Shown here in pieces: positions 53,010-64,000 of a DNA stretch of 64,000 nucleotides. Numbering within the stretch: the first letter of the stretch is position 1; each line of letters begins with the position of its first letter. The DNA is from Octopus sinensis. Its lineage: Eukaryota. The stretch lies in assembly GCF_006345805.1 (NCBI RefSeq), contig NC_043004.1, positions 58,590,001 to 58,654,000 on the forward strand, read 5' to 3'. A program made the position numbers and the translations under genes. Under the pieces are notes generated by a model. That model was not told the DNA's origin. It was given only the letters and a program-made list of their open reading frames with translations, and made no database searches.

Positions 53010-54949
53010 TAACTTTGAGACAGTTAGTTGATACCATCAACCCAGGCACATTAGCTGTGAAAGTATGAAAGGCAATGTTACCGCAGTGGCATTTAAACTT
53101 GTAATGAAACAATTTGGAATATTTAGCATAAAGGATTTCTTTCCAATGCTGTAACAATTCTGTCAACTCAGTACTCTGATGCTGATGAAATGATAATGAT
53201 GATGATGCAGATGAAAGGATAATAACATTACTGATGAGGGTGGCAGCATTAACAATAACAATAACAATGATGATATGATGATGATGGATCACATTCATCA
53301 GTATCGTTATTGACATTCTGATCATCATTTTGAAGCCAACAGCAATATTTTTAATATAATCTATGTAAATATGATGAAACAGTTCACTTTATCAAAAGAG
53401 AATTTGTAATCAGACATAGAAGCGAAAAATGTAGATAAAATAATTTGTATGAAAGTTAGTGTTAAGTGATATTTGTACATTCCAAATCTTAATACAATAA
53501 TATTAAGTGTAAGGCAAACAAAATCAACCATCTCTTAAGTATCATAATCAAGATACTCTACAAGGAAAGGACACAGTATAGAAAACTGTGCAAGTGTGAA
53601 GGCTTTCAATTGTAGATATTAAACTGTGGAGAAGGTAAAATATTAAATCTATTGGTCTTGCTGAATCTGAGCTGAAGAACTAGCAAATTTCAAAAGTATA
53701 TATATAGTATATAACTTATTTTCCAAGATACAAGTCAGTAGAATATAGTATAAACATGTACTGTAATCATTAAAACATTGTCACTCACTTTCTGAATCTT
53801 GAAGCATTCCACGGACTTCCAAAGTCATCTTGGTGTAAAAGTCTACCTACTTTTTTTTTTGGTTGTAAATTATTTTGGTCTGAAAAATTTGGCTTGTATG
53901 CTAGAAAATACAGTAAATGCCTGCAGTGTTATACATGTAAATTAATGAGGTAGCAATCTCAGATTTAGCATAAATATGATATGATGCATAATGGCTTTTG
54001 TTCAGTCTTCATATGTACAAACATCTATTTTGGAATCAATAATATAACATGACAATAAAGAGGATGAAAATACAGAACAATAACAGAAATATTTTTCTGT
54101 TAAATTATTAAAAAAGAAACTTCTTTATTGAATTATTTAAGCAAAAAAAAAACAACAATGAACTGTTTGTATGCTGCTACTTAAGGTTAACAGAAAAAAA
54201 ATATGAGGAATCTCATTATTACTTCTTGCATACTGAAGAATGTGTAAAAAGTATAAATCATATATGACAATTGCTTATTCATGGCCTACTGAATACAACT
54301 TGCTGTTTTACTATTCTAATAATGGCAATAGGTGACATAGTAATGCATTCACTGGAATTTTAAAATATATACAGATTAAAGATTTGACCTCTAAAACAAG
54401 GTGTTGAATAATACAACCCTGGTGGTTGTATTATTCTGCAAATCAATTCAATGGCTTGTAACTGTTTCATAAGCATTATGCATAGAGAAGAAAATTTGCT
54501 TTTATCATAGTGTGGCAGGTTGATGTTTAATTTATCAATAGAATAATATTGATATAGGTTAGTAATTAAGCAATAATTTATGATAATAATAAAGACAAAT
54601 GTTTGTAAAGCCTTCAAGCAATGCAAGTATAAGAGTAAATCAAAACCTCTAAAGCTGTCCATAAATGAAAACAAAGATAATGATATTCTATTGTCACTTT
54701 ACTAAGGGTGTTTAAATAAAATCATTAATCTAGGAAGTAATGACCAAAGTAATATTTGATTTATAGAGAAATCCTTTCTTCAACACAAATATTTATTGTC
54801 TCAAAGTTCCTTATTGTTACATAATCTTGATATTATGAGATACATCCATCATGCAGATAAAAAAAAGAAAACACTTGAAGACTTTTGGAGAAGTTGTTGT
54901 TATCAGTAAACCATCTCAGTATGCTATTACTATAGTTATTACTGACATT

Positions 54950-55310
54950 TCATCTAGCTTTACGTTCTGAGTTCAAATTCTGCTGAGGTCGATTTTACCT
55001 TTTATCCTTCTGAGGTCGATAAAATTACCAGTTGAGCACTGAGGTTGATATTATCAACTTATCCCTTCCCCCAAAATTGCTGGCCTTGCACACTATTTTG
55101 AAATCATTATTATAATTATTACTAAAGTTTGAAAGTTAACGGAATCATTAGCATGCTGCACAAAATGCTTAGTGACATATTTTCTGGTTTTACATTCTGA
55201 GTTCAAATTCCATCATGGTCAACTTTGCCTTTCATCTTTTGAGGTTTGATAAAATGAGTACCAATAAATACTGAGGTCAATATAATCAGCTTACACTGCC
55301 CTCAAAATTA
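54950..55310 (+). mobile_element. Tandem pair of family B SINEs
   Basis: Two copies of TTCTGAGTTCAAATTC...CTTT(T/G)CCTTT.ATC. Confidence 0.75.
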
Positions 55311-55828
55311 TAGTTATAGTATTATTACAATAATTACAATTATTACAAAAATGGCGGTGCCCCAGCATGGCCACAGCTCATGAGCTGAAACTAGAATCAA
55401 TCAATCAATCAATTATAATTTAAGACTAATTATAATCAAGCTCAACTTGATCAATTAAGTATATACTTAAATGTAACTCATTAGAAATGAGATTTAACAA
55501 GTGCTATTGTTTCTAGATCGAGTGTAATACAACCAAAAAGATAAAGCTTTTTCGTAGGCTATGTCAACATATTTGCTTCAAGCATTTTGTTGTCATTTGA
55601 ATAAAATGCTTTTTCAGTTCAACAAACCAAAAATGCATACTCAGTTTGGGAAATTTATCTACATAGATAAACAGAAGTTTATCAAGAAGTTAATTTGTTT
55701 CTCATCTCATTAATAACTGCAAAATATGGAGTTTAGCCCCAGTTTCATACATTCCTATAATTCTAGAAAGAAAATACTTTTCACGAACTACACCAAAAAA
55801 TATTACTTAAAGAGTTTACTAATGAGTA

Positions 55829-56095
55829 GTGGAGGTGCGTGGCTTAGTGGTTAGGGTGTCAGCATCATGATCGTATGATTGTGGTTTCGATTCCTGGACC
55901 AGGCGACACTTTCTGTTCTTGAGCAAAACACTTTATTTCACGTTGCTCCTGTCCACTCAGCTGGCAAAAATTAGTAACACTGCGATGGACTGGCGTCCCA
56001 TCCAGCTGGGGAACATATATGCCATTGAAACTGGGAAACCAGGCCCATGAGCCTGGCTAGGCTTTAAAAGGGTGCATTTATTGTATTTTATTTTA
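55829..56095 (+). mobile_element. tRNA-derived SINE with family C head/core and a third tail; TSD-flanked
   Basis: 14-bp TSD TTTACTAATGAGTA at 55815-55828 and 56096-56109. Tail GCGATGGACTGGCGTCCCATCCAG...GGGTGC(ATTT)n. Confidence 0.85.
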
Positions 56096-57616
56096 TTTAC
56101 TAATGAGTAAACATTTCTCTACTGGAGAAATATAAATGTTTTTAGAGATTAAGAAGCTTGAAAACAATAAATACCTCTACTGAAGAAAAGATTTCACTAC
56201 ATACCAAATTTACTATACCTATTTCTTCCTACTTTTTATGAAGTAAAGAACTTTAGTTAATTATGAGCACCATTTATATTTTAACAGTTACATAAAGGGA
56301 TTATGATTTTGGAGAACTTTCATGTAATATGTTGCATTAAACGACATGTTTTGAAGGAAGAGGTTAAGATTTAACCGGTTCTTTTATTAACTGAAAAGGA
56401 TTAAAGACAAAGTTAACCTTAGTAGTATTTGAATTTACTTCAATGTAAAGAGCCATAGCGAAAAAATTTTGTCTGATCTCTTCTGAATCGGCTAATCCAT
56501 GTCCCTTTCATGTAATGTTAAATATAATATTCTACTTCAATGGCAGAGTGTAAGATAAGGAATTAAAACACTGCAGTCAAACTTGCTTTGGCTATAAGAA
56601 GTAAACAGCATATCACCCTTATGACTGTACACATATCTAAATGTATTAAGAACCAGTTAGTTCCTCAATAAGTTTTCTATAGATAAATCTAGGTTTGTTC
56701 CTAATCAATAATTCAGGACCGAAGGAAACCTTTTAAGCTTGATCTTATGAATAGCCAAGGCATAAACATGTTTTTAAAAGTATAAAAAATAAAATTACTA
56801 TTTTCGTTTAAGAAAAATATATCAGTTTTATTGTTTAAGTCAGCTCTTTATATTAATCATTTGTGAATCATTTATGAGCAAAACCTTGAAAAATTTCTTC
56901 TAAACGATTTCCCATATGCTTTATGTTTATATATTTGTGCAAATTTCCAAAAAGTATGATTGAATTACATCACATTCTTTCAACTAATGAAGTTGGTATG
57001 TGGCATTGTATATCAAATATAAACAATGAAAACTTGGTGATTTGGACTTGGAAACTGGTATGTCACAATAACTATTCCATTATTTGAAAGTATATGACGT
57101 AATTACTCCTTAACAGTTTGTTTGACACAAGAGGTTATGAATAAATGTCACAATAATTATGGTGATCTTTTTGTCAACTGTCATTCGATGGTTGTTGCAC
57201 AGCTGGTGTTCTGTTCACATATTCACACTCAATTGCTGTTTCTGTGATGTTGGCTTTAGATTGCTCGGACTACCATTGTGTTGGTGCATAACCCATTCTT
57301 ATCTTTCTCTATTTTTTTTATATCTATCTATCTATAATTTCTTTTTCCAATTTCTTTAAAAGACCAAAGATAGTTTCAGCTCTTCCTATCAAATATTTGC
57401 CATCTTTAATATGTCCCGCTAAAGCCTTGCTTATTCTTTCTCACATCAGCATGAATGCATCTATTACCGCCATAATAACATAGGTATAAAAATTAACATT
57501 ATACACACGCAAATCATTTACACATGCACATATGTAATATCTACATATATATATATATATATAAATACATATGTATTTATATATATAAGTACACAAACAT
57601 ATAAATATATATATAG

Positions 57617-57682
57617 GGAGAATTCACAAAAAAACAAAAGACGAAGACAGGTGATGTAGAAAACAAACAGATGTATTAGTAT
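57617..57682 (-). mobile_element. Short (TA)n-embedded repeat, truncated copy 3
   Basis: ATTCACAAAAAAACAAAAGACGAAGACAGGTGATGTAGAAAACAAACAGATGTATTAGTATA matches copies 1 and 2. Confidence 0.6.
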
Positions 57683-57959
57683 AATATATATATATATATG
57701 GATATATACTTACAAATATACATATATATATAAATATATATATATATACATATATGTGCACACACACACAAACACACACACACATATATACATGGACACA
57801 TACACTTACACATATATACATATATGTGCATGTGCGTGGATGCATGCACATATGTATGCATATATATATATATGTGTGTGTGTGTGTGTAAGTTTGTGAA
57901 CATTTGATTGTGTATGTGTATGTGTGTGTGTGTGTGGGAGTGTGTGTGTAAATATATAT

Positions 57960-58330
57960 GAAGCAGATTGCTCTTTGTCAGTTTCAACAATAAATAGTCC
58001 AGTATTTCATTTATCTAATCTGCTGCACTGTCAAATCAAAGAATTACAATAAAAGTAACTGAGTATTCCACAGACACATGTACCTTTATCGTAATTCTCA
58101 GATAGAACTAGCACTACATAATGTGTGCCAAGGTTAGCTCTTTTAATTGCAAATACAATCCATCCAATGAGCTTCTATATAGTTTCTGTTCATGCAGTTT
58201 GATCCAAATGCAATGGATTACTCCATGTCTGTGATAAAAAAAACACATTACCATAATGCCACACAGTAGGATCGAACCTGCTACCACCTGATTCAGAAAT
58301 AAATTCCTTAACTACTTGATCATGCCTGTA
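57960..58330 (-). mobile_element. Degraded family D SINE
   Basis: GAGTATTCCACAGACACATGTACCTT is the reverse complement of 6838-6865 with mismatches; decayed tRNA head near 58270-58330. Confidence 0.5.
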
Positions 58331-58606
58331 TACACATACATGCACACTGACACACGTGCATACATATGTAAATGTATGTGTGTGAGAGTTAGCAATGGAC
58401 TTGAAGAATGGGTTATGCAACAATAGGAAGCTGGATAAACAATTCCTCTCAATCCAGTCTTTTGTTAGTTCCAGACTAACAGAAACCAGGATTTATTCAG
58501 CTGCAGTGATTTGAATTCTGATTCAATGAATGCCGAGTTCCCTCAGATAACCTTGGATAGTTATCCTGTTAAAAGACACACACACTCACATATATATATA
58601 TATATA

Positions 58607-59018
58607 GGCGCAGGAGTGGCTGTGTGGTAAGTAGCTTGCTTACCAACCATATGGTTCCGGGTTCAGTCCCACTGCGTGGCATCTTGGGCAAGTGTCTTCT
58701 GCTATAGCCCCGGGCCGACCAATGCCTTGTGAGTGGATTTGGTAGACGGAAACTGAAAGAAGCCTGTCGTATATATGTATATATATATAAGTGTGTGTGT
58801 ATGTGTTTGTGTGTGTGTGTTTGTCCCCGTAGCATTGCTTGACAACCAATGCTGGTGTGGTTACGTCCCCGTCACTTAGCGGTTCGGCAAAAGAGACCGA
58901 TAGAATAAGTACTGGGCTTACAAAGAATAAGTCCCGGGGTTGATTTGCTCGACTAAAGGCGGTGCTCCAGCATGGCCACAGTCAAATGACTGAAATAAGT
59001 AAAAGAGTAAAAAGAGTA
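58607..59018 (+). mobile_element. SINE family A
   Basis: Colinear with 10939-11336. Confidence 0.9.
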
Positions 59019-59288
59019 TATATACAGAGCAAGAGAGAGAATGAGAGAGATGTATGTATGTATGAATAAGTTAACACTGGTGGGAATTGCAATGCAATGA
59101 AAAAGTACTCAGGGTTGTTAAGTAAAATGGAATAGCATTTATTCGAAAACAATTTTACATGTATTTAAAAACAGAGTTTCTTATTTATGCTTCTGAGTCA
59201 CCTTAGGATCAACAATGTAAAACTCCTTTTGTTGACACACGCTAACTCCACTTAGAATAAATGATATACATGTGTATATATGTGTATC

Positions 59289-59321
<33 letters not shown>

Positions 59322-59391
59322 CACATATGTACATACACACACACACAAATGTACACACATGCATATATATATATATATGTATATATATATG

Positions 59392-59440
<49 letters not shown>

Positions 59441-59482
59441 ATATATATATATATGTATGTATATATATATATATGTATGTAT

Positions 59483-59535
<53 letters not shown>

Positions 59536-60744
59536 ATATATATATGTATATGTATATATATAGATGCATATAAATATCCTCAGTTGTGTATGATTGAAAA
59601 AAATGTTTTGCCAATGTATATTTATATATGTCTGTGAGTGCATAATTATTGCAATGTATACAAATATAATTATGTTTTATGAGTGTTTGTGTATTGACAT
59701 TTGTTTTAAAACCTATCTTTGTGTCACAAACTGATTGCCCGCCTTCAATTTTTTCCTTGCTTATGTGTTGGTCACACCAGTTTATGCACCCCCCACCCTC
59801 CAGTCATATAATATTCTGCTATCTGCTTCTCGTTCAATGATGTTTTTGGTATTTCGGAATTTGCTATGATGATTTTGCTTTCCAGGTTAAAATTCGGAAT
59901 GAAATAAGACATAGGTTGTTTGAGTGATTAATTCCATTTTTTTTTTTTTGGACAGTATCTGTGGCTTCTATGATTGCTTTCATATTTTTGGAGATTGTTG
60001 TCATTTTGGAATGGAATTTTTTTTTAATATGGTCTAAACATGCATCTATGTCATCTGGTTAACAAGACTACTATAGTAGTCTAAATTTACTGTTTTTTTT
60101 TTTTCCCTCATTTTCACATTATACATTTCTTAGTTGCATTTCTTTCTTTTGTTTGTCAAACTTTCAAATAATTTTAGCTTTAACTATGTTTAAGGAATTT
60201 TTAACTGCAATTTAAACTATATTAGATTTGAATTAAAAAATTTTTCTCTAGACACAAATATAGCATTTTTGATATGAACTTTTAAAATTCATTCAGATAT
60301 TGTACATTAATTGAAATACTTTGAATAAGATTAATTATTATGCATTATTTAACTTCTTAAAAAAAATAATCTAATATAACTTTGATGTTAGCAAATTTCT
60401 ATCAGGTTTCTTTTCAATAAGTTAATAACAGCATCACTATAAAATTATTATGTATTATTTTGATTATTTATTGTATAATCTAAGAAATTATTTAAAGTTA
60501 TTCTAACTTAGTGGGGTTTTTTGATTTATTCTATGAAATGATATCTCAAGAATTACTCTTAGATATTTCTTTTTCGTTGGTGTTTATACTGGAACAATTA
60601 ACCTGAAAGATTATTGACTACTATACAACAGAATAATAATAAAAGAAAAATATAAATATTTGTTGTAACTTATTTCATGATACATTAGTTTAAATAAAAT
60701 AGAAAGTTAAATTATTTTTATTGTGAAGCTTAATAAGGTGTTAA

Positions 60745-61190
60745 GCAGTCAGAAACAATAGCAGACCAGATAAAATGTTAAGCAGCATTTCTTTAGTAAT
60801 TTTACATCCTGAGTTCAAATTCCACCAAGGTTAGCTTTGCCTTTCATTCTTTCAGGTTTGACAAATTAAGTACCAGTCAAATACTGAAGTCGATGCAATG
60901 AGCCCTATCCTCAAAATTCGAGTCCTTTGCCTATAGTATAGTAAAAAGTATTACCAGATTTACAGGAAAGGAGTTAGCTGACAAAATCATTAGTGCATCA
61001 GACAAACGGCTTAGCATAATTTCTTTCAGCTCTTTACAGTCTTAGTCTAAATCCTATTGATGTCAGCTTTGCCTTTCATCCTTTCAGGGTCAATAAAATA
61101 AAGTACCATTCAAGTACTGGTGTCGATGTATTCGGCTTCCTTCTTGCCCCAACCTTAAAACTGCTGGTGTTATGCCAAAATTAGAAAGAA
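60745..61190 (+). mobile_element. Tandem pair of family B SINEs
   Basis: Two copies of GCTTTGCCTTTCAT...AAGTACCA. Confidence 0.7.
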
Positions 61191-61199
61191 TTATATATG

Positions 61200-61415
61200 T
61201 GTGTATGTGTGTCTTTGTATCTGTATTTGTCTCCCACTACAGCTTGACAACCGATGTTGGTGTGTTTAAATCCCTGTAACTTAGAGGGTTGGCAAAAGAA
61301 ACCAAGAGAATAAGTACCATGCTTAAAAAATAAGTACAGGGGTTGATTTGTTTGACTAAAATTCTTCAAGATCGTGCCCCAGCATGGTCTCAGTTTAATA
61401 ATTGAAACATGAAAA
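61200..61415 (+). mobile_element. SINE family A, degraded 3' half (similar remnants at ~17335-17520, 19200-19380, 21640-21740 and 52520-52640 on -)
   Basis: GCTTGACAACCGATGTTGGTGTGTTT...GGCAAAAGAAACC...CCCCAGCATGG. Confidence 0.65.
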
Positions 61416-61437
61416 ATAGAAGATATACATACACACA

Positions 61438-61477
<40 letters not shown>

Positions 61478-61862
61478 TCACCATCGTTTTAATGTTCTTT
61501 TTTCCATGCTTGCATGAGTCAAAGTCGAGATTTTTTATAGCCAGATGTCCTTTCTATCACCAACCCTCACATGTTTCCAAGTAAGGTCATATTTAATATT
61601 TCCCTTAATCCTCCAAACATAAACACCACAATAACCAGGCTTGATTTTATGAAAGGCTACAAAAAGAATTACTCCACTTGTATGGCTAAATTATATATAT
61701 ATATATATATATATATAGATATATATATATATATATATACACACACATGTATGTATGCATGTAGTCTGCATGTATGGATGTATGTACGTATGTATGTATG
61801 TATGTATGTATGTATGTATGTATGTGTGTATGTATGTATGCATATATGTATGTATGTATATT

Positions 61863-61896
<34 letters not shown>

Positions 61897-61898
61897 TA

Positions 61899-61932
<34 letters not shown>

Positions 61933-62029
61933 TATATATACAAAAAGCAATAAAGATTCAAGTTAATTTAAATGAATTTACTTGAATAGGTACCTAACTT
62001 AGATGCACCAAAAAAACTATACTGTTTTA

Positions 62030-63626
62030 ACAATACAGTAATGTGGGGTGATTATAAGCGAGAAAGAAGCAACAAGAATGGATAGGTTTTTTAGTACAAT
62101 CGTTTCATACAAGGACAGGCTTTATTAAAAGTTGTAAAATTACAGCATATAAACGTGTCCCGTACTCATCAGCTAAAATACATGTGAGTTCTCTAGACAT
62201 CCCCAGTGGTTGAGGCTATACTCATGAAGTAATGTAGATAATTAAGTAACATAAACAGATTTCCAAAGTTCATTAAAGTTCTTTAAAAGATGATGTACAG
62301 TCTTATCACAGAATTTTAAAAAAGTTCTAATAGCATCACAGAGAAGGTGACCTAATCCATAGAGCACATATGAATTTCCAGAGATATGATGAGGGATTAC
62401 ATACTCACAGAGACAAATTTATCCATTGTTAATCACAACGAGGTGGGTCCAATTCCTGCTTATTAGCATTACAGAGAGGGTGAATTAATCCTTGTATAGA
62501 TACACAATTTCCAATGGTGTAGATGTAAGTTTCCAGAGAAATGAAGAGGAATTTCATATTCACAGGCGATAAATTTATCAATGGTTGAACACATGAGGTA
62601 GGTATCAATTCTTGTTATATGATTAGGTATTTGCCACATTAATCACATTACTGCTATTTACAAGAGGCTGTAGCTATTTAACTTATAAAGGCTGAAGGGC
62701 TTCGGAGAGGCCAAGAATAGAAAGGGAAGGGAATAGAAGAAAGAGAGAAAATAAGGGAGGAGGGAGCAAAAAAGGGGGGGGAAGGGGACTAAAGAGAAGA
62801 GAAAAGGAAAAAGAGAATAAGAAGAAGAAACAGAAAAAAGAGAAAAGAGAAAGAAATAGGGAAAGAAGGGAAAAATATAAAAATAAAAAAGAGGGTTCTA
62901 GTTATCCAGAAGAATTAGTAGACGGCAAGTCTGGTTTTAATTTACAGGCATCTATGAACTAGAGGAGAATATTATTCTTTGGCCAGTAAAACATTAATTT
63001 ATTGCTGTTGAAATCAGCTATGAATTTAAAGAGAGATCTAAAGAGATACACAGTCAGGGGTTTAGGGTCAGATGCTAAATCAAAAGAAAATACATTAGGA
63101 AAATCTAAGTATAATCTTATCAAAAGTCAATAAAACTTACTTATTTAATTTATTCATTTTATTGTCTTAAGGAGTTGCCGTTATTATTCATACATTGACG
63201 GGCTACAGGTCAAATCTTAGAAGATCATTTACAAGGTGTTAGGGGATTGTCTATCATAATGAAGATAATCATATTATCACCGAGGGGGTAGCCTTATTTA
63301 TTTAATTTTGAAATAGAATTATGGGGCTATAGTATCTCATTTTATTTTATTAGAGTTATGCTACTTAAATTAGATTAAGTTAGGAATTAAAATTAAAAAT
63401 TACAATTAAGATTTAAAATTGAATTTAAAAGATTATGAGTTTGAAATTAGGTAAGGCCTCAATTAAGCAGCGTATAAGTACTATTCATTTCCCTGTTCCC
63501 TAAAAACTGATGCAGATATAAGGAAAAAGATAACTGTGGTGTGAGAACTCTTAGTTATCTACTTAAAGCAGTGCTATACTAGTAGAAATCAAGTTATATC
63601 TATCTATCTAGTTACGGATATTCTAA
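62030..63626 (-). mobile_element. Probable 3' UTR / pseudo-LTR of the Penelope-like element
   Basis: Directly downstream of the GIY-YIG frame on the same strand. Contains a polypyrimidine tract (purine-rich on + at ~62700-62900), a diverged tandem duplication and a hammerhead ribozyme. Boundaries are approximate. Confidence 0.55.
62089..62178 (-). ncRNA. Minimal type I hammerhead ribozyme
   Basis: Minus strand: TTTTAG-CTGATGA-GTACGGGAC(loop)GTCCTTGTAT-GAAAC-GATT-GTA-CTAAAA. It has a 6-bp stem I, canonical core and minimal near-palindromic stem III; predicted GUA cleavage falls between 62095 and 62094. Confidence 0.8.
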
Positions 63627-64000
63627 TCATTTAAAATATTTTAAAGTCTTCAATTTAGCGTGGACACAAACTTGACCTAGTTCGATATGATTATTCAAGT
63701 TTCTATGTTTTCTATGCTTTAGAATTTCATACGTCTCCATGGAGCATAGTTGGCAACCAACCTTACTATTTTTATACGGAATTGCTCTCCTAACTATTTC
63801 CCAATTAAGGTTTAATTTTTATATTATTTTTGAGTTCCCATTTTTTGTTTGAAAGTGTGGTGGTACCAGCTTTATGACGTAAGTTAAAAGACGAGATGTG
63901 ATTTCTAACTCTGGCTAGAAAATTAATTGTACATCCAACGTAAAGATATTTGTTATTCTCCGTGGATATGGTACATTTATAGATTACATTATTTCCCACA
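63627..64000 (-). pseudogene. Penelope-like element GIY-YIG endonuclease C-terminus, frameshifted; element continues beyond the window
   Basis: NVIYKCTIS..YLYVGCT..F.AR.RNH.SSF...TTLS..WELK (63805-63999). It continues via frameshifts into WEIVRRAIPYKNSKVGCQLCSMETYEIL and LNNHIELGQVCVHAKLKTLKYFK*, the GIY-YIG plus CxxC...CxH pattern of Penelope-like retroelements. Confidence 0.82.

Noticed and set aside
57330-57460. Minus-strand open stretch ERISKALAGHIKDGK...
   Set aside because: Bounded by stops, lacks an acceptor, no known domain.

Overview
AT-rich eukaryotic non-genic DNA (large intron or intergenic). It is saturated with microsatellites and several tRNA-derived SINE families; this repeat landscape points to an octopod cephalopod genome (inference, not verified). 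No host gene could be supported. The only long real ORF is a young, GC-rich, 5'-truncated RTE-clade LINE (7644-9655) with an uninterrupted reverse transcriptase, a C-terminal CCHH zinc finger and a 10-bp target-site duplication. Decayed elements include an older RTE copy with a complex internal rearrangement (19890-21442), a mariner fragment, a CR1 3' end, RTE-type remnants, and a Penelope-like element (GIY-YIG endonuclease) running off the right edge. Four observations stand out. (1) Minimal hammerhead ribozyme folds: one canonical copy in the Penelope 3' region, one U3-A8 covariant copy, and a (TA)n-embedded family with a non-canonical core. (2) Four perfect or near-perfect fold-back palindromes with 50-164 bp arms. 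(3) A template-switch-like rearrangement inside the old RTE. (4) A composite, VNTR-containing non-autonomous retroelement. Most short ORFs in the supplied track are microsatellite or SINE translations, or antisense shadows.
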